A DNA stretch of 64,000 nucleotides, from NCBI GenBank assembly GCA_964016885.1, contig OZ024751.1, forward strand, positions 1,054,001-1,118,000. The letters run 5' to 3'. Under the pieces are notes generated by a model. That model was not told the DNA's origin, ran no database searches, and saw only the letters and a program-made list of their open reading frames with translations. Source of the DNA: Eledone cirrhosa. Taxonomy: Eukaryota. The position numbers and the translations under genes were made by a program. This document shows, one piece after another, positions 1 through 15,000 of this stretch (position 1 is its first letter; each line of letters opens with the position of its first letter).

Positions 1-3000
1 TGTGTGAGTGTAGATATGTGTATATCAACTGTACACACTTCCCTGAGTACAGTGTGTGAGTGTAGATATGTATATATCAACTGTACACGCTTCTCTGAGT
101 ACAGTGGGTGAGTGTAGATATGTGTATATCAACTGTACACGCTTCCCTGAGTACAGTGTGTGAGTGTAGATATGTATATATCAACTGTACACGCTTCCCT
201 GAGTACAGTGTGTGAGTGTAGATATGTGTATATCAACTGTACACACTTCTCTGAGTACAGTGTGTGAGTGTAGATATGTGTATATCAACTGTACACACTT
301 CCCTGAGTACAGTGTGTGAGTGTAGATATGTATATATCAACTGTACACACTTCTCTGAGTACAGTGTGTGAGTGTAGATATGTATATATCAACTGTACAC
401 ACTTCTCTGAGTACAGTGTGTGAGTGTAGATATGTGTATATCAACTGTACACACTTCCCTGAGTACAGTGTGTGAGTGTAGATATGTGTATATCAACTGT
501 ACACACTTCCCTGAGTAGAGTGTGTGAGTGTAGATATGTATATATCAACTGTACACACTTCCCTGAGTACAGTGTGTGAGTGTAAATATGTATATATCAA
601 CTGTACACACTTCCCTGAGTACAGTGTGTGAGTGTAGATATGTATATATCAACTATACACGCATTTCTGAGTACCGTGTGTGAGTGTAGATATGTATATA
701 TCAACTGTACACACTTCCCTGAGTACAGTGTGTGAGTGTAGATATGTGTATATCAACTGTACACACTTCTCTGAGTACAGTGTGTGAGTGTAGATATGTA
801 TATATCAACTGTACACACTTCCCTGAGTACAGTGTGTGAGTGTAGATATGTGTATATCAACTATACACGCTTCTCTGAGTACAGTGTGTGAGTGTAGATA
901 TGTGTATATCAACTGTACACACTTCCCTGAGTACAGTGTGTGAGTGTAGATATGTATATATCAACTATACACGCTTCTCTGAGTACAGTGTGTGAGTGTA
1001 GATATGTATATATCAACTATACACGCTTCTCTGAGTACAGTGTGTGAGTGTAGATATGTATATATCAACTATACACGCTTCTCTGAGTACAGTGTGTGAG
1101 TGTAGATATGTATATATCAACTATACACGCTTCTCTGAGTACAGTGTGTGAGTGTAGATATGTATATATCAACTGTACACACTTCCCTGAGTAGAGTGTG
1201 TGAGTGTAGATATGTATATATCAACTGTACACACTTCCCTGAGTAGAGTGTGTGAGTGTAGATATGTATATATCAACTATACACACTTCCCTGAGTACAG
1301 TGTGTGTGTGTAGATATGTGTATATCAACTATACACACTTCCCTGAGTAGAGTGTGTGAGTGTAGATATGTATATATCAACTATACACACTTCCCTGAGT
1401 ACAGTGTGTGAGTGTAGATATGTGTATATCAACGGTACACGCTTCTCTGAGTACAGTGGGTGAGTGTAGATATGTATATATCAACTGTACACACTTCCCT
1501 GAGTACAGTGTGTGAGTGTAGATATGTATATATCAACTATACACACTTCCCTGAGTACAGTGTGTGAGTGTAGATATCTGTATATCAACGGTACACGCTT
1601 CCCTGAGTACAGTGTGTGAGTGTAGATATGTATATATCAACTATACACACTTCCCTGAGTAGAGTGTGTGAGTGTAGATATGTATATATCAACTATACAC
1701 ACTTCCCTGAGTACAGTGTGTGAGTGTAGATATGTGTATATCAACGGTACACGCTTCCCTGAGTACAGTGTGTGAGTGTAGATATGTATATATCAACTGT
1801 ACACGCTTCTCTGAGTACAGTGGGTGAGTGTAGATATGTATATATCAACTGTACACACTTCCCTGAGTACAGTGTGTGAGTGTAGATATGTATATATCAA
1901 CTGTACACACTTCTCTGAGTACAGTGGGTGAGTGTAGATATGTATATATCAACTGTACACACTTCTCTGAGTACAGTGGGTGAGTGTAGATATGTATATA
2001 TCAACTGTACACACTTCCCTGAGTACAGTGTGTGAGTGTAGATATGTATATATCAACTGTACACACTTCTCTGAGTACAGTGGGTGAGTGTAGATATGTA
2101 TATATCAACTATACACGCTTCTCTGAGTACAGTGTGTGAGTGTAGATATGTATATATCAACTATACACGCTTCTCTGAGTACAGTGTGTGAGTGTAGATA
2201 TGTATATATCAACTGTACACACTTCCCTGAGTACAGTGTGTGAGTGTAGATATGTATATATCAACTGTACACACTTCTCTGAGTACAGTGGGTGAGTGTA
2301 GATATGTATATATCAACTGTACACACTTCCCTGAGTACAGTGTGTGAGTGTAGATATGTATATATCAACTGTACACACTTCTCTGAGTACAGTGTGTGAG
2401 TGTAGATATGTGTATATCAACTATACACACTTCCCTGAGTACAGTGTGTGAGTGTAGATATGTATATATCAACTATACACGCTTCTCTGAGTACAATGTG
2501 TGAGTGTAGATATGTATATATCAACAGTACACACTTCCCTGAGTACAGTGTGTGAGTGTAGATATGTGTATATCAACTGTACACGCTTCTCTGAGTACAG
2601 TGGGTGAATGTAGATATGTGTATATCAACTATACACACTTCCCTGAGTACTGTGTGTGAGTGTAGATATGTGTATATCAACTGTACACGCTTCCCTGAGT
2701 ACACTGTGTGAGTGTAGATATGTATATATCAACTGTACACGCTTCTCTGAGTACAGTGGGTGAGTGTAGATATGTGTATATCAACTGTACACGCTTCCCT
2801 GAGTACAGTGTGTGAGTGTAGATATGTATATATCAACTGTACACGCTTCCCTGAGTACAGTGTGTGAGTGTAGATATGTGTATATCAACTGTACACACTT
2901 CTCTGAGTACAGTGTGTGAGTGTAGATATGTGTATATCAACTGTACACACTTCCCTGAGTACAGTGTGTGAGTGTAGATATGTATATATCAACTGTACAC

Positions 3001-6000
3001 ACTTCTCTGAGTACAGTGTGTGAGTGTAGATATGTATATATCAACTGTACACACTTCTCTGAGTACAGTGTGTGAGTGTAGATATGTGTATATCAACTGT
3101 ACACACTTCCCTGAGTACAGTGTGTGAGTGTAGATATGTGTATATCAACTGTACACACTTCCCTGAGTAGAGTGTGTGAGTGTAGATATGTATATTTCAA
3201 CTGTACACACTTCCCTGAGTACAGTGTGTGAGTGTAGATATGTATATATCAACTGTACACACTTCCCTGAGTACAGTGTGTGAGTGTAGATATGTATATA
3301 TCAACTATACACGCATCTCTGAGTACCGTGTGTGAGTGTAGATATGTATATATCAACTGTACACACTTCCCTGAGTACAGTGTGTGAGTGTAGATATGTG
3401 TATATCAACTGTACACACTTCTCTGAGTACAGTGTGTGAGTGTAGATATGTATATATCAACTGTACACACTTCCCTGAGTACAGTGTGTGAGTGTAGATA
3501 TGTGTATATCAACTATACACGCTTCTCTGAGTACAGTGTGTGAGTGTAGATATGTGTATATCAACTGTACACACTTCCCTGAGTACAGTGTGTGAGTGTA
3601 GATATGTATATATCAACTATACACGCTTCTCTGAGTACAGTGTGTGAGTGTAGATATGTATATATCAACTATACACGCTTCTCTGAGTACAGTGTGTGAG
3701 TGTAGATATGTATATATCAACTATACACGCTTCTCTGAGTACAGTGTGTGAGTGTAGATATGTATATATCAACTATACACGCTTCTCTGAGTACAGTGTG
3801 TGAGTGTAGATATGTATATATCAACTGTACACACTTCCCTGAGTAGAGTGTGTGAGTGTAGATATGTATATATCAACTGTACACACTTCCCTGAGTAGAG
3901 TGTGTGAGTGTAGATATGTATATATCAACTATACACACTTCCCTGAGTACAGTGTGTGAGTGTAGATATGTGTATATCAACTATACACACTTCCCTGAGT
4001 AGAGTGTGTGAGTGTAGATATGTATATATCAACTATACACACTTTCCTGAGTACAGTGTGTGAGTGTAGATATGTGTATATCAACGGTACACGCTTCCCT
4101 GAGTACAGTGTGTGAGTGTAGATATGTATATATCAACTGTACACACTTCCCTGAGTACAGTGTGTGAGTGTAGATATGTGTATATCAACTGTACACACTT
4201 CCCTGAGTAGAGTGTGTGAGTGTAGATATGTATATATCAACTGTACACACTTCCCTGAGTACAGTGTGTGAGTGTAGATATGTATATATCAACTGTACAC
4301 ACTTCCCTGAGTACAGTGTGTGAGTGTAGATATGTATATATCAACTATACACGCATCTCTGAATACCGTGTGTGAGTGTAGATATGTATATATCAACTGT
4401 ACACACTTCCCTGAGTACAGTGTGTGAGTGTAGATATGTGTATATCAACTGTACACACTTCTCTGAGTACAGTGTGTGAGTGTAGATATGTATATATCAA
4501 CTGTACACACTTCCCTGAGTACTGTGTGTGAGTGTAGATATGTGTATATCAACTATACACGCTTCTCTGAGTACAGTGTGTGAGTGTAGATATGTGTATA
4601 TCAACTGTACACACTTCCCTGAGTACAGTGTGTGAGTGTAGATATGTATATATCAACTATACACGCTTCTCTGAGTACAGTGTGTGAGTGTAGATATGTA
4701 TATATCAACTATACACGCTTCTCTGAGTACAGTGTGTGAGTGTAGATATGTATATATCAACTATACACGCTTCTCTGAGTACAGTGTGTGAGTGTAGATA
4801 TGTATATATCAACTGTACACACTTCCCTGAGTAGAGTGTGTGAGTGTAGATATGTATATATCAACTGTACACACTTCCCTGAGTAGAGTGTGTGAGTGTA
4901 GATATGTATATATCAACTATACACACTTCCCTGAGTACAGTGTTTGTGTGTAGATATGTGTATATCAACTATACACACTTCCCTGAGTAGAGTGTGTGAG
5001 TGTAGATATGTATATATCAACTATACACACTTCCCTGAGTACAGTGTGTGAGTGTAGATATGTGTATATCAACGGTACACGCTTCCCTGAGTACAGTGTG
5101 TGAGTGTAGATATGTATATATCAACTGTACACGCTTCTCTGAGTACAGTGGGTGAGTGTAGATATGTATATATCAACTGTACACACTTCTCTGAGTACAG
5201 TGTGTGAGTGTAGATATGTATATATCAACTGTACACACTTCCCTGAGTACAGTGTGTGAGTGTAGATATGTATATATCAACTGTACACACTTCTCTGAGT
5301 ACAGTGGGTGAGTGTAGATATGTATATATCAACTATACACGCTTCTCTGAGTACAGTGTGTGAGTGTAGATATGTATATATCAACTATACACGCTTCTCT
5401 GAGTACAGTGTGTGAGTGTAGATATGTATATATCAACTGTACACACTTCCCTGAGTACAGTGTGTGAGTGTAGATATGTATATATCAACTGTACACACTT
5501 CTCTGAGTACAGTGGGTGAGTGTAGATATGTATATATCAACTGTACACACTTCTCTGAGTACAGTGTGTGAGTGTAGATATGTGTATATCAACTATACAC
5601 ACTTCCCTGAGTACAGTGTGTGAGTGTAGATATGTATATATCAACTATACACGCTTCTCTGAGTACAATGTGTGAGTGTAGATATGTATATATCAACAGT
5701 ACACACTTCCCTGAGTACAGTGTGTGAGTGTAGATATGTATATATCAACTATACACGCTTCTCTGAGTACAGTGTGTGAGTGTAGATATGTATATATCAA
5801 CTATACACGCTTCTCTGAGTACAGTGTGTGAGTGTAGATATGTATATATCAACTGTACACACTTCCCTGAGTACAGTGTGTGAGAGTAGATATGTATATA
5901 TCAACTGTACACACTTCTCTGAGTACAGTGGGTGAGTGTAGATATGTATATATCAACTGTACACACTTCCCTGAGTACAGTGTGTGAGTGTAGATATGTA

Positions 6001-9000
6001 TATATCAACTGTACACACTTCTCTGAGTACAGTGGGTGAGTGTAGATATGTATATATCAACTGTACACACTTCCCTGAGTACAGTGTGTGAGTGTAGATA
6101 TGTATATATCAACTGTACACACTTCTCTGAGTACAGTGTGTGAGTGTAGATATGTGTATATCAACTATACACACTTCCCTGAGTACAGTGTGTGAGTGTA
6201 GATATGTATATATCTACTATACACGCTTCTCTAAGTACAATGTGTGAGTGTAGATATGTATATATCAACAGTACACACTTCCCTGAGTACAGTGTGTGAG
6301 TGTAGATATGTGTATATCAACTGTACACGCTTCTCTGAGTACAGTGGGTGAATGTAGATATGTGTATATCAACTATACACACTTCCCTGAGTACAGTGTG
6401 TGAGTGTAGATATGTGTATATCAACTGTACACGCTTCCCTGAGTACACTGTGTGAGTGTAGATATGTATATATCAACTGTACACACTTCTCTGAGTACAG
6501 TGTGTGAGTGTAGATATGTGTATATCAACTGTACGCACTTCTCTGAGTACAGTGTGTGAGTGTAGATATGTGTATACCAACTATACACACTTCCCTGAGT
6601 ACAGTGTGTGAGTGTAGATATGTATATATCAACTGTACATGCTTCCCTGAGTACAGTGTGTGAGTGTAGATATGTGTATATCAACTGTACACACTTCCCT
6701 GAGTACAGTGTGTGAGTGTAGATATGTGTATATCAACTGTACACACTTCCCTGAGTACAGTGTGTGAGTGTAGATATGTATATATCAACTGTACACGCTT
6801 CTCTGAGTACAGTGGGTGAGTGTAGATATGTGTATATCAACTGTACACGCTTCCCTGAGTACAGTGTGTGAGTGTAGATATGTATATATCAACTGTACAC
6901 GCTTCCCTGAGTACAGTGTGTGAGTGTAGATATGTGTATATCAACTGTACACACTTCTCTGAGTACAGTGTGTGAGTGTAGATATGTGTATATCAACTGT
7001 ACACACTTCCCTGAGTACAGTGTGTGAGTGTAGATATGTATATATCAACTGTACACACTTCTCTGAGTACAGTGTGTGAGTGTAGATATGTATATATCAA
7101 CTGTACACACTTCTCTGAGTACAGTGTGTGAGTGTAGATATGTGTATATCAACTGTACACACTTCCCTGAGTACAGTGTGTGAGTGTAGATATGTGTATA
7201 TCAACTGTACACACTTCCCTGAGTAGAGTGTGTGAGTGTAGATATGTATATATCAACTGTACACACTTCCCTGAGTACAGTGTGTGAGTGTAAATATGTA
7301 TATATCAACTGTACACACTTCCCTGAGTACAGTGTGTGAGTGTAGATATGTATATATCAACTATACACGCATTTCTGAGTACCGTGTGTGAGTGTAGATA
7401 TGTATATATCAACTGTACACACTTCCCTGAGTACAGTGTGTGAGTGTAGATATGTGTATATCAACTGTACACACTTCTCTGAGTACAGTGTGTGAGTGTA
7501 GATATGTATATATCAACTGTACACACTTCCCTGAGTACAGTGTGTGAGTGTAGATATGTGTATATCAACTATACACGCTTCTCTGAGTACAGTGTGTGAG
7601 TGTAGATATGTGTATATCAACTGTACACACTTCCCTGAGTACAGTGTGTGAGTGTAGATATGTATATATCAACTATACACGCTTCTCTGAGTACAGTGTG
7701 TGAGTGTAGATATGTATATATCAACTATACACGCTTCTCTGAGTACAGTGTGTGAGTGTAGATATGTATATATCAACTATACACGCTTCTCTGAGTACAG
7801 TGTGTGAGTGTAGATATGTATATATCAACTATACACGCTTCTCTGAGTACAGTGTGTGAGTGTAGATATGTATATATCAACTGTACACACTTCCCTGAGT
7901 AGAGTGTGTGAGTGTAGATATGTATATATCAACTGTACACACTTCCCTGAGTAGAGTGTGTGAGTGTAGATATGTATATATCAACTATACACACTTCCCT
8001 GAGTACAGTGTGTGTGTGTAGATATGTGTATATCAACTATACACACTTCCCTGAGTAGAGTGTGTGAGTGTAGATATGTATATATCAACTATACACACTT
8101 CCCTGAGTACAGTGTGTGAGTGTAGATATGTGTATATCAACGGTACACGCTTCTCTGAGTACAGTGGGTGAGTGTAGATATGTATATATCAACTGTACAC
8201 ACTTCCCTGAGTACAGTGTGTGAGTGTAGATATGTATATATCAACTATACACACTTCCCTGAGTACAGTGTGTGAGTGTAGATATCTGTATATCAACGGT
8301 ACACGCTTCCCTGAGTACAGTGTGTGAGTGTAGATATGTATATATCAACTATACACACTTCCCTGAGTAGAGTGTGTGAGTGTAGATATGTATATATCAA
8401 CTATACACACTTCCCTGAGTACAGTGTGTGAGTGTAGATATGTGTATATCAACGGTACACGCTTCCCTGAGTACAGTGTGTGAGTGTAGATATGTATATA
8501 TCAACTGTACACGCTTCTCTGAGTACAGTGGGTGAGTGTAGATATGTATATATCAACTGTACACACTTCCCTGAGTACAGTGTGTGAGTGTAGATATGTA
8601 TATATCAACTGTACACACTTCTCTGAGTACAGTGGGTGAGTGTAGATATGTATATATCAACTGTACACACTTCTCTGAGTACAGTGGGTGAGTGTAGATA
8701 TGTATATATCAACTGTACACACTTCCCTGAGTACAGTGTGTGAGTGTAGATATGTATATATCAACTGTACACACTTCTCTGAGTACAGTGGGTGAGTGTA
8801 GATATGTATATATCAACTATACACGCTTCTCTGAGTACAGTGTGTGAGTGTAGATATGTATATATCAACTATACACGCTTCTCTGAGTACAGTGTGTGAG
8901 TGTAGATATGTATATATCAACTGTACACACTTCCCTGAGTACAGTGTGTGAGTGTAGATATGTATATATCAACTGTACACACTTCTCTGAGTACAGTGGG

Positions 9001-12000
9001 TGAGTGTAGATATGTATATATCAACTGTACACACTTCCCTGAGTACAGTGTGTGAGTGTAGATATGTATATATCAACTGTACACACTTCTCTGAGTACAG
9101 TGTGTGAGTGTAGATATGTGTATATCAACTATACACACTTCCCTGAGTACAGTGTGTGAGTGTAGATATGTATATATCAACTATACACGCTTCTCTGAGT
9201 ACAATGTGTGAGTGTAGATATGTATATATCAACAGTACACACTTCCCTGAGTACAGTGTGTGAGTGTAGATATGTGTATATCAACTGTACACGCTTCTCT
9301 GAGTACAGTGGGTGAATGTAGATATGTGTATATCAACTATACACACTTCCCTGAGTACTGTGTGTGAGTGTAGATATGTGTATATCAACTGTACACGCTT
9401 CCCTGAGTACACTGTGTGAGTGTAGATATGTATATATCAACTGTACACGCTTCTCTGAGTACAGTGGGTGAGTGTAGATATGTGTATATCAACTGTACAC
9501 GCTTCCCTGAGTACAGTGTGTGAGTGTAGATATGTATATATCAACTGTACACGCTTCCCTGAGTACAGTGTGTGAGTGTAGATATGTGTATATCAACTGT
9601 ACACACTTCTCTGAGTACAGTGTGTGAGTGTAGATATGTGTATATCAACTGTACACACTTCCCTGAGTACAGTGTGTGAGTGTAGATATGTATATATCAA
9701 CTGTACACACTTCTCTGAGTACAGTGTGTGAGTGTAGATATGTATATATCAACTGTACACACTTCTCTGAGTACAGTGTGTGAGTGTAGATATGTGTATA
9801 TCAACTGTACACACTTCCCTGAGTACAGTGTGTGAGTGTAGATATGTGTATATCAACTGTACACACTTCCCTGAGTAGAGTGTGTGAGTGTAGATATGTA
9901 TATTTCAACTGTACACACTTCCCTGAGTACAGTGTGTGAGTGTAGATATGTATATATCAACTGTACACACTTCCCTGAGTACAGTGTGTGAGTGTAGATA
10001 TGTATATATCAACTATACACGCATCTCTGAGTACCGTGTGTGAGTGTAGATATGTATATATCAACTGTACACACTTCCCTGAGTACAGTGTGTGAGTGTA
10101 GATATGTGTATATCAACTGTACACACTTCTCTGAGTACAGTGTGTGAGTGTAGATATGTATATATCAACTGTACACACTTCCCTGAGTACAGTGTGTGAG
10201 TGTAGATATGTGTATATCAACTATACACGCTTCTCTGAGTACAGTGTGTGAGTGTAGATATGTGTATATCAACTGTACACACTTCCCTGAGTACAGTGTG
10301 TGAGTGTAGATATGTATATATCAACTATACACGCTTCTCTGAGTACAGTGTGTGAGTGTAGATATGTATATATCAACTATACACGCTTCTCTGAGTACAG
10401 TGTGTGAGTGTAGATATGTATATATCAACTATACACGCTTCTCTGAGTACAGTGTGTGAGTGTAGATATGTATATATCAACTATACACGCTTCTCTGAGT
10501 ACAGTGTGTGAGTGTAGATATGTATATATCAACTGTACACACTTCCCTGAGTAGAGTGTGTGAGTGTAGATATGTATATATCAACTGTACACACTTCCCT
10601 GAGTAGAGTGTGTGAGTGTAGATATGTATATATCAACTATACACACTTCCCTGAGTACAGTGTGTGAGTGTAGATATGTGTATATCAACTATACACACTT
10701 CCCTGAGTAGAGTGTGTGAGTGTAGATATGTATATATCAACTATACACACTTTCCTGAGTACAGTGTGTGAGTGTAGATATGTGTATATCAACGGTACAC
10801 GCTTCCCTGAGTACAGTGTGTGAGTGTAGATATGTATATATCAACTGTACACGCTTCTCTGAGTACGGTGGGTGAGTGTAGATATGTATATATCAACTGT
10901 ACACACTTCCCTGAGTACAGTGTGTGAGTGTAGATATGTATATATCAACTGTACACACTTCTCTGAGTACAGTGGGTGAGTGTAGATATGTATATATCAA
11001 CTGTACACACTTCCCTGAGTACAGTGTGTGAGTGTACATATGTGTATATCAACTATACACACTTCCCTGAGTACAGTGTGTTAGTGTAGATAAGTATATA
11101 TCAACTACACACACTTCCCTGAGTACAGTGTGTGAGTGTAGATATGTGTATATCAACGGTACACGCTTCCCTGAGTACAGTGTGTGAGTGTAGATATGTA
11201 TATATCAACTGTACACGCTTCTCTGAGTACAGTGGGTGAGTGTAGATATGTATATATCAACTGTACACACTTCCCTGAGTACAGTGTGTGAGTGTAGATA
11301 TGTATATATCAACTGTACACACTTCTCTGATTACAGTGGGTGAGTGTAGATATGTATATATCAACTGTACACACTTCTCTGAGTACAGTGTGTGAGTGTA
11401 GATATGTATATATCAACTGTACACACTTCTCTGAGTACAGTGGGTGAGTGTAGATATGTATATATCAACTGTACACACTTCCCTGAGTACAGTGTGTGAG
11501 TGTAGATATGTGTATATCAACTGTACACACTTCTCTGAGTACAGTGTGTGAGTGTAGATATGTGTATATCAACTGTACACACTTCCCTGAGTACAGTGTG
11601 TGAGTGTAGATATGTGTATATCAATTGTACACGCTTCCCTGAGTACAGTGTGTGAGTGTAGATATGTATATATCAACTGTACACACTTCCCTGAGTACAG
11701 TGGGTGAGTCTAGATATGTATATATCAACTGTACACACTTCCCTGAGTACAGTGTGTGAGTGTAGATATGTATATATCAACTGTACACACTTCCCTGAGT
11801 ACAGTGTGTGAGTGTAGATATGTATATATCAACTGTACACACTTCCCTGAGTACAGTGTGTGAGTGTAGATATGTATATATCAACTGTACACACTTCTCT
11901 GAGTACAGTGTGTGAGTGTAGATATGTATATATCAACTGTACACACTTCTCTGAGTACAGTGGGTGAGTGTAGATATGTATATATCAACTGTACACACTT

Positions 12001-15000
12001 CCCTGAGTACAGTGTGTGAGTGTAGATATGTGTATATCAACTGTACACACTTCTCTGAGTACAGTGTGTGAGTGTAGATATGTGTATATCAACTGTACAC
12101 ACTTCCCTGAGTACAGTGTGTGAGTGTAGATATGTGTATATCAATTGTACACGCTTCCCTGAGTACAGTGTGTGAGTGTAGATATGTATATATCAACTGT
12201 ACACACTTCCCTGAGTACAGTGGGTGAGTCTAGATATGTATATATCAACTGTACACACTTCCCTGAGTACAGTGTGTGAGTGTAGATATGTATATATCAA
12301 CTGTACACACTTCCCTGAGTACAGTGTGTGAGTGTAGATATGTATATATCAACTGTACACACTTCTCTGAGTACAGTGTGTGAGTGTAGATATGTGTATA
12401 TCAACTATACACACTTCCCTGAGTACAGTGTGTGAGTGTAGATATGTGTATATCAACTGTACACGCTTCTCTGAGTACAGTGGGTGAATGTAGATATGTG
12501 TATATCAACTATACACACTTCCCTGAGTACAGTGTGTGAGTGTAGATATGTGTATATCAACTGTACACGCTTCCCTGAGTACACTGTGTGAGTGTAGATA
12601 TGTATATATCAACTGTACACGCTTCTCAGAGTACAGTGGGTGAGTGTAGATATGTGTATATCAACTGTACACGATTCCCTGAGTACAGTGTGTGAGTGTA
12701 GATATGTATATATCAACTGTACACGCTTCCCTGAGTACAGTGTGTGAGTGTAGATATGTGTACATCAACTGTACACGCTTCTCTGAGTACAGTGGGTGAG
12801 TGTAGATATGTGTATATCAACTATACACACTTCCCTGAGTACAGTGTGTGAGTGTAGATATGTGTATATCAACTGTACACACTTCTCTGAGTATAGTGTG
12901 TGAGTGTAGATATGTGTATATCAACTGTACACACTTCCCTGAGTACAGTGTGTGAGTGTAGATATGTATATATCAACTGTACACACTTCTCTGAGTACAG
13001 TGTGTGAGTGTAGATATGTATATATCAACTGTACACACTTCTCTGAGTACAATGTGTGAGTGTAGATATGTGTATATCAACTGTACACACTTCCCTGAGT
13101 ACAGTGTGTGAGTGTAGATATGTGTATATCAACTGTACACACTTCCCTGAGTAGAGTGTGTGAGTGTAGATATGTATATATCAACTGTACACACTTCCCT
13201 GAGTACAGTGTGTGAGTGTAGATATGTATATATCAACTGTACACACTTCCTGAGTACAGTGTGTGAGTGTAGATATGTATATATCAACTATACACGCATC
13301 TCTGAGTACCGTGTGTGAGTGTAGATATGTATATATCAACTGTACACACTTCCCTGAGTACAGTGTGTGAGTTTAGATATGTATATATCAACTGTACACA
13401 CTTCCCTGAGTACAGTGTGTGAGTGTAGATATGTATATATCAACTGTACACGCTTCCCTGAGTACAGTGTGTGAGTGTAGATATGTATATATCAACTGTA
13501 CACACTTCCCTGAGTACAGTGTGTGAGTGTAGATATGTGTATATCAACGGTACACGCTTCCCTGAGTACAGTGTGTGAGTGTAGATATGTATATATCAAC
13601 TGTACACGCTTCTCTGAGTACAGTGGGTGAGTGTAGATATGTATATATCAACTGTACACACTTCCCTGAGTACAGTGTGTGAGTGTAGATATGTATATAT
13701 CAACTGTACACACTTCTCTGAGTACAGTGTGTGAGTGTAGATATGTATATATCAACTGTACACACTTCTCTGAGTACAGTGGGTGAGTGTAGATATGTAT
13801 ATATCAACTGTACACACTTCCCTGAGTACAGTGTGTGAGTGTAGATATGTGTATATCAACTGTACACACTTCTCTGAGTACAGTGTGTGAGTGTAGATAT
13901 GTGTATATCAACTGTACACACTTCCCTGAGTACAGTGTGTGAGTGTAGATATGTGTATATCAATTGTACACGCTTCCCTGAGTACAGTGTGTGAGTGTAG
14001 ATATGTATATATCAACTGTACACACTTCCCTGAGTACAGTGGGTGAGTCTAGATATGTATATATCAACTGTACACACTTCCCTGAGTACAGTGTGTGAGT
14101 GTAGATATGTATATATCAACTGTACACACTTCCCTGAGTACAGTGTGTGAGTGTAGATATGTATATATCAACTGTACACACTTCCCTGAGTACAGTGTGT
14201 GAGTGTAGATATGTATATATCAACTGTACACACTTCTCTGAGTACAGTGTGTGAGTGTAGATATGTATATATCAACTGTACACACTTCTCTGAGTACAGT
14301 GGGTGAGTGTAGATATGTATATATCAACTGTACACACTTCCCTGAGTACAGTGTGTGAGTGTAGATATGTGTATATCAACTGTACACACTTCTCTGAGTA
14401 CAGTGTGTGAGTGTAGATATGTGTATATCAACTGTACACACTTCCCTGAGTACAGTGTGTGAGTGTAGATATGTGTATATCAATTGTACACGCTTCCCTG
14501 AGTACAGTGTGTGAGTGTAGATATGTATATATCAACTGTACACACTTCCCTGAGTACAGTGGGTGAGTCTAGATATGTATATATCAACTGTACACACTTC
14601 CCTGAGTACAGTGTGTGAGTGTAGATATGTATATATCAACTGTACACACTTCCCTGAGTACAGTGTGTGAGTGTAGATATGTATATATCAACTGTACACA
14701 CTTCTCTGAGTACAGTGTGTGAGTGTAGATATGTGTATATCAACTATACACACTTCCCTGAGTACAGTGTGTGAGTGTAGATATGTGTATATCAACTGTA
14801 CACGCTTCTCTGAGTACAGTGGGTGAATGTAGATATGTGTATATCAACTATACACACTTCCCTGAGTACAGTGTGTGAGTGTAGATATGTGTATATCAAC
14901 TGTACACGCTTCCCTGAGTACACTGTGTGAGTGTAGATATGTATATATCAACTGTACACGCTTCTCAGAGTACAGTGGGTGAGTGTAGATATGTGTATAT

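Noticed and set aside
6421-6684. 87-aa ORF in the satellite (also 33245-33508)
   Set aside because: Chance read-through of repeat units after a point variant removes a stop.
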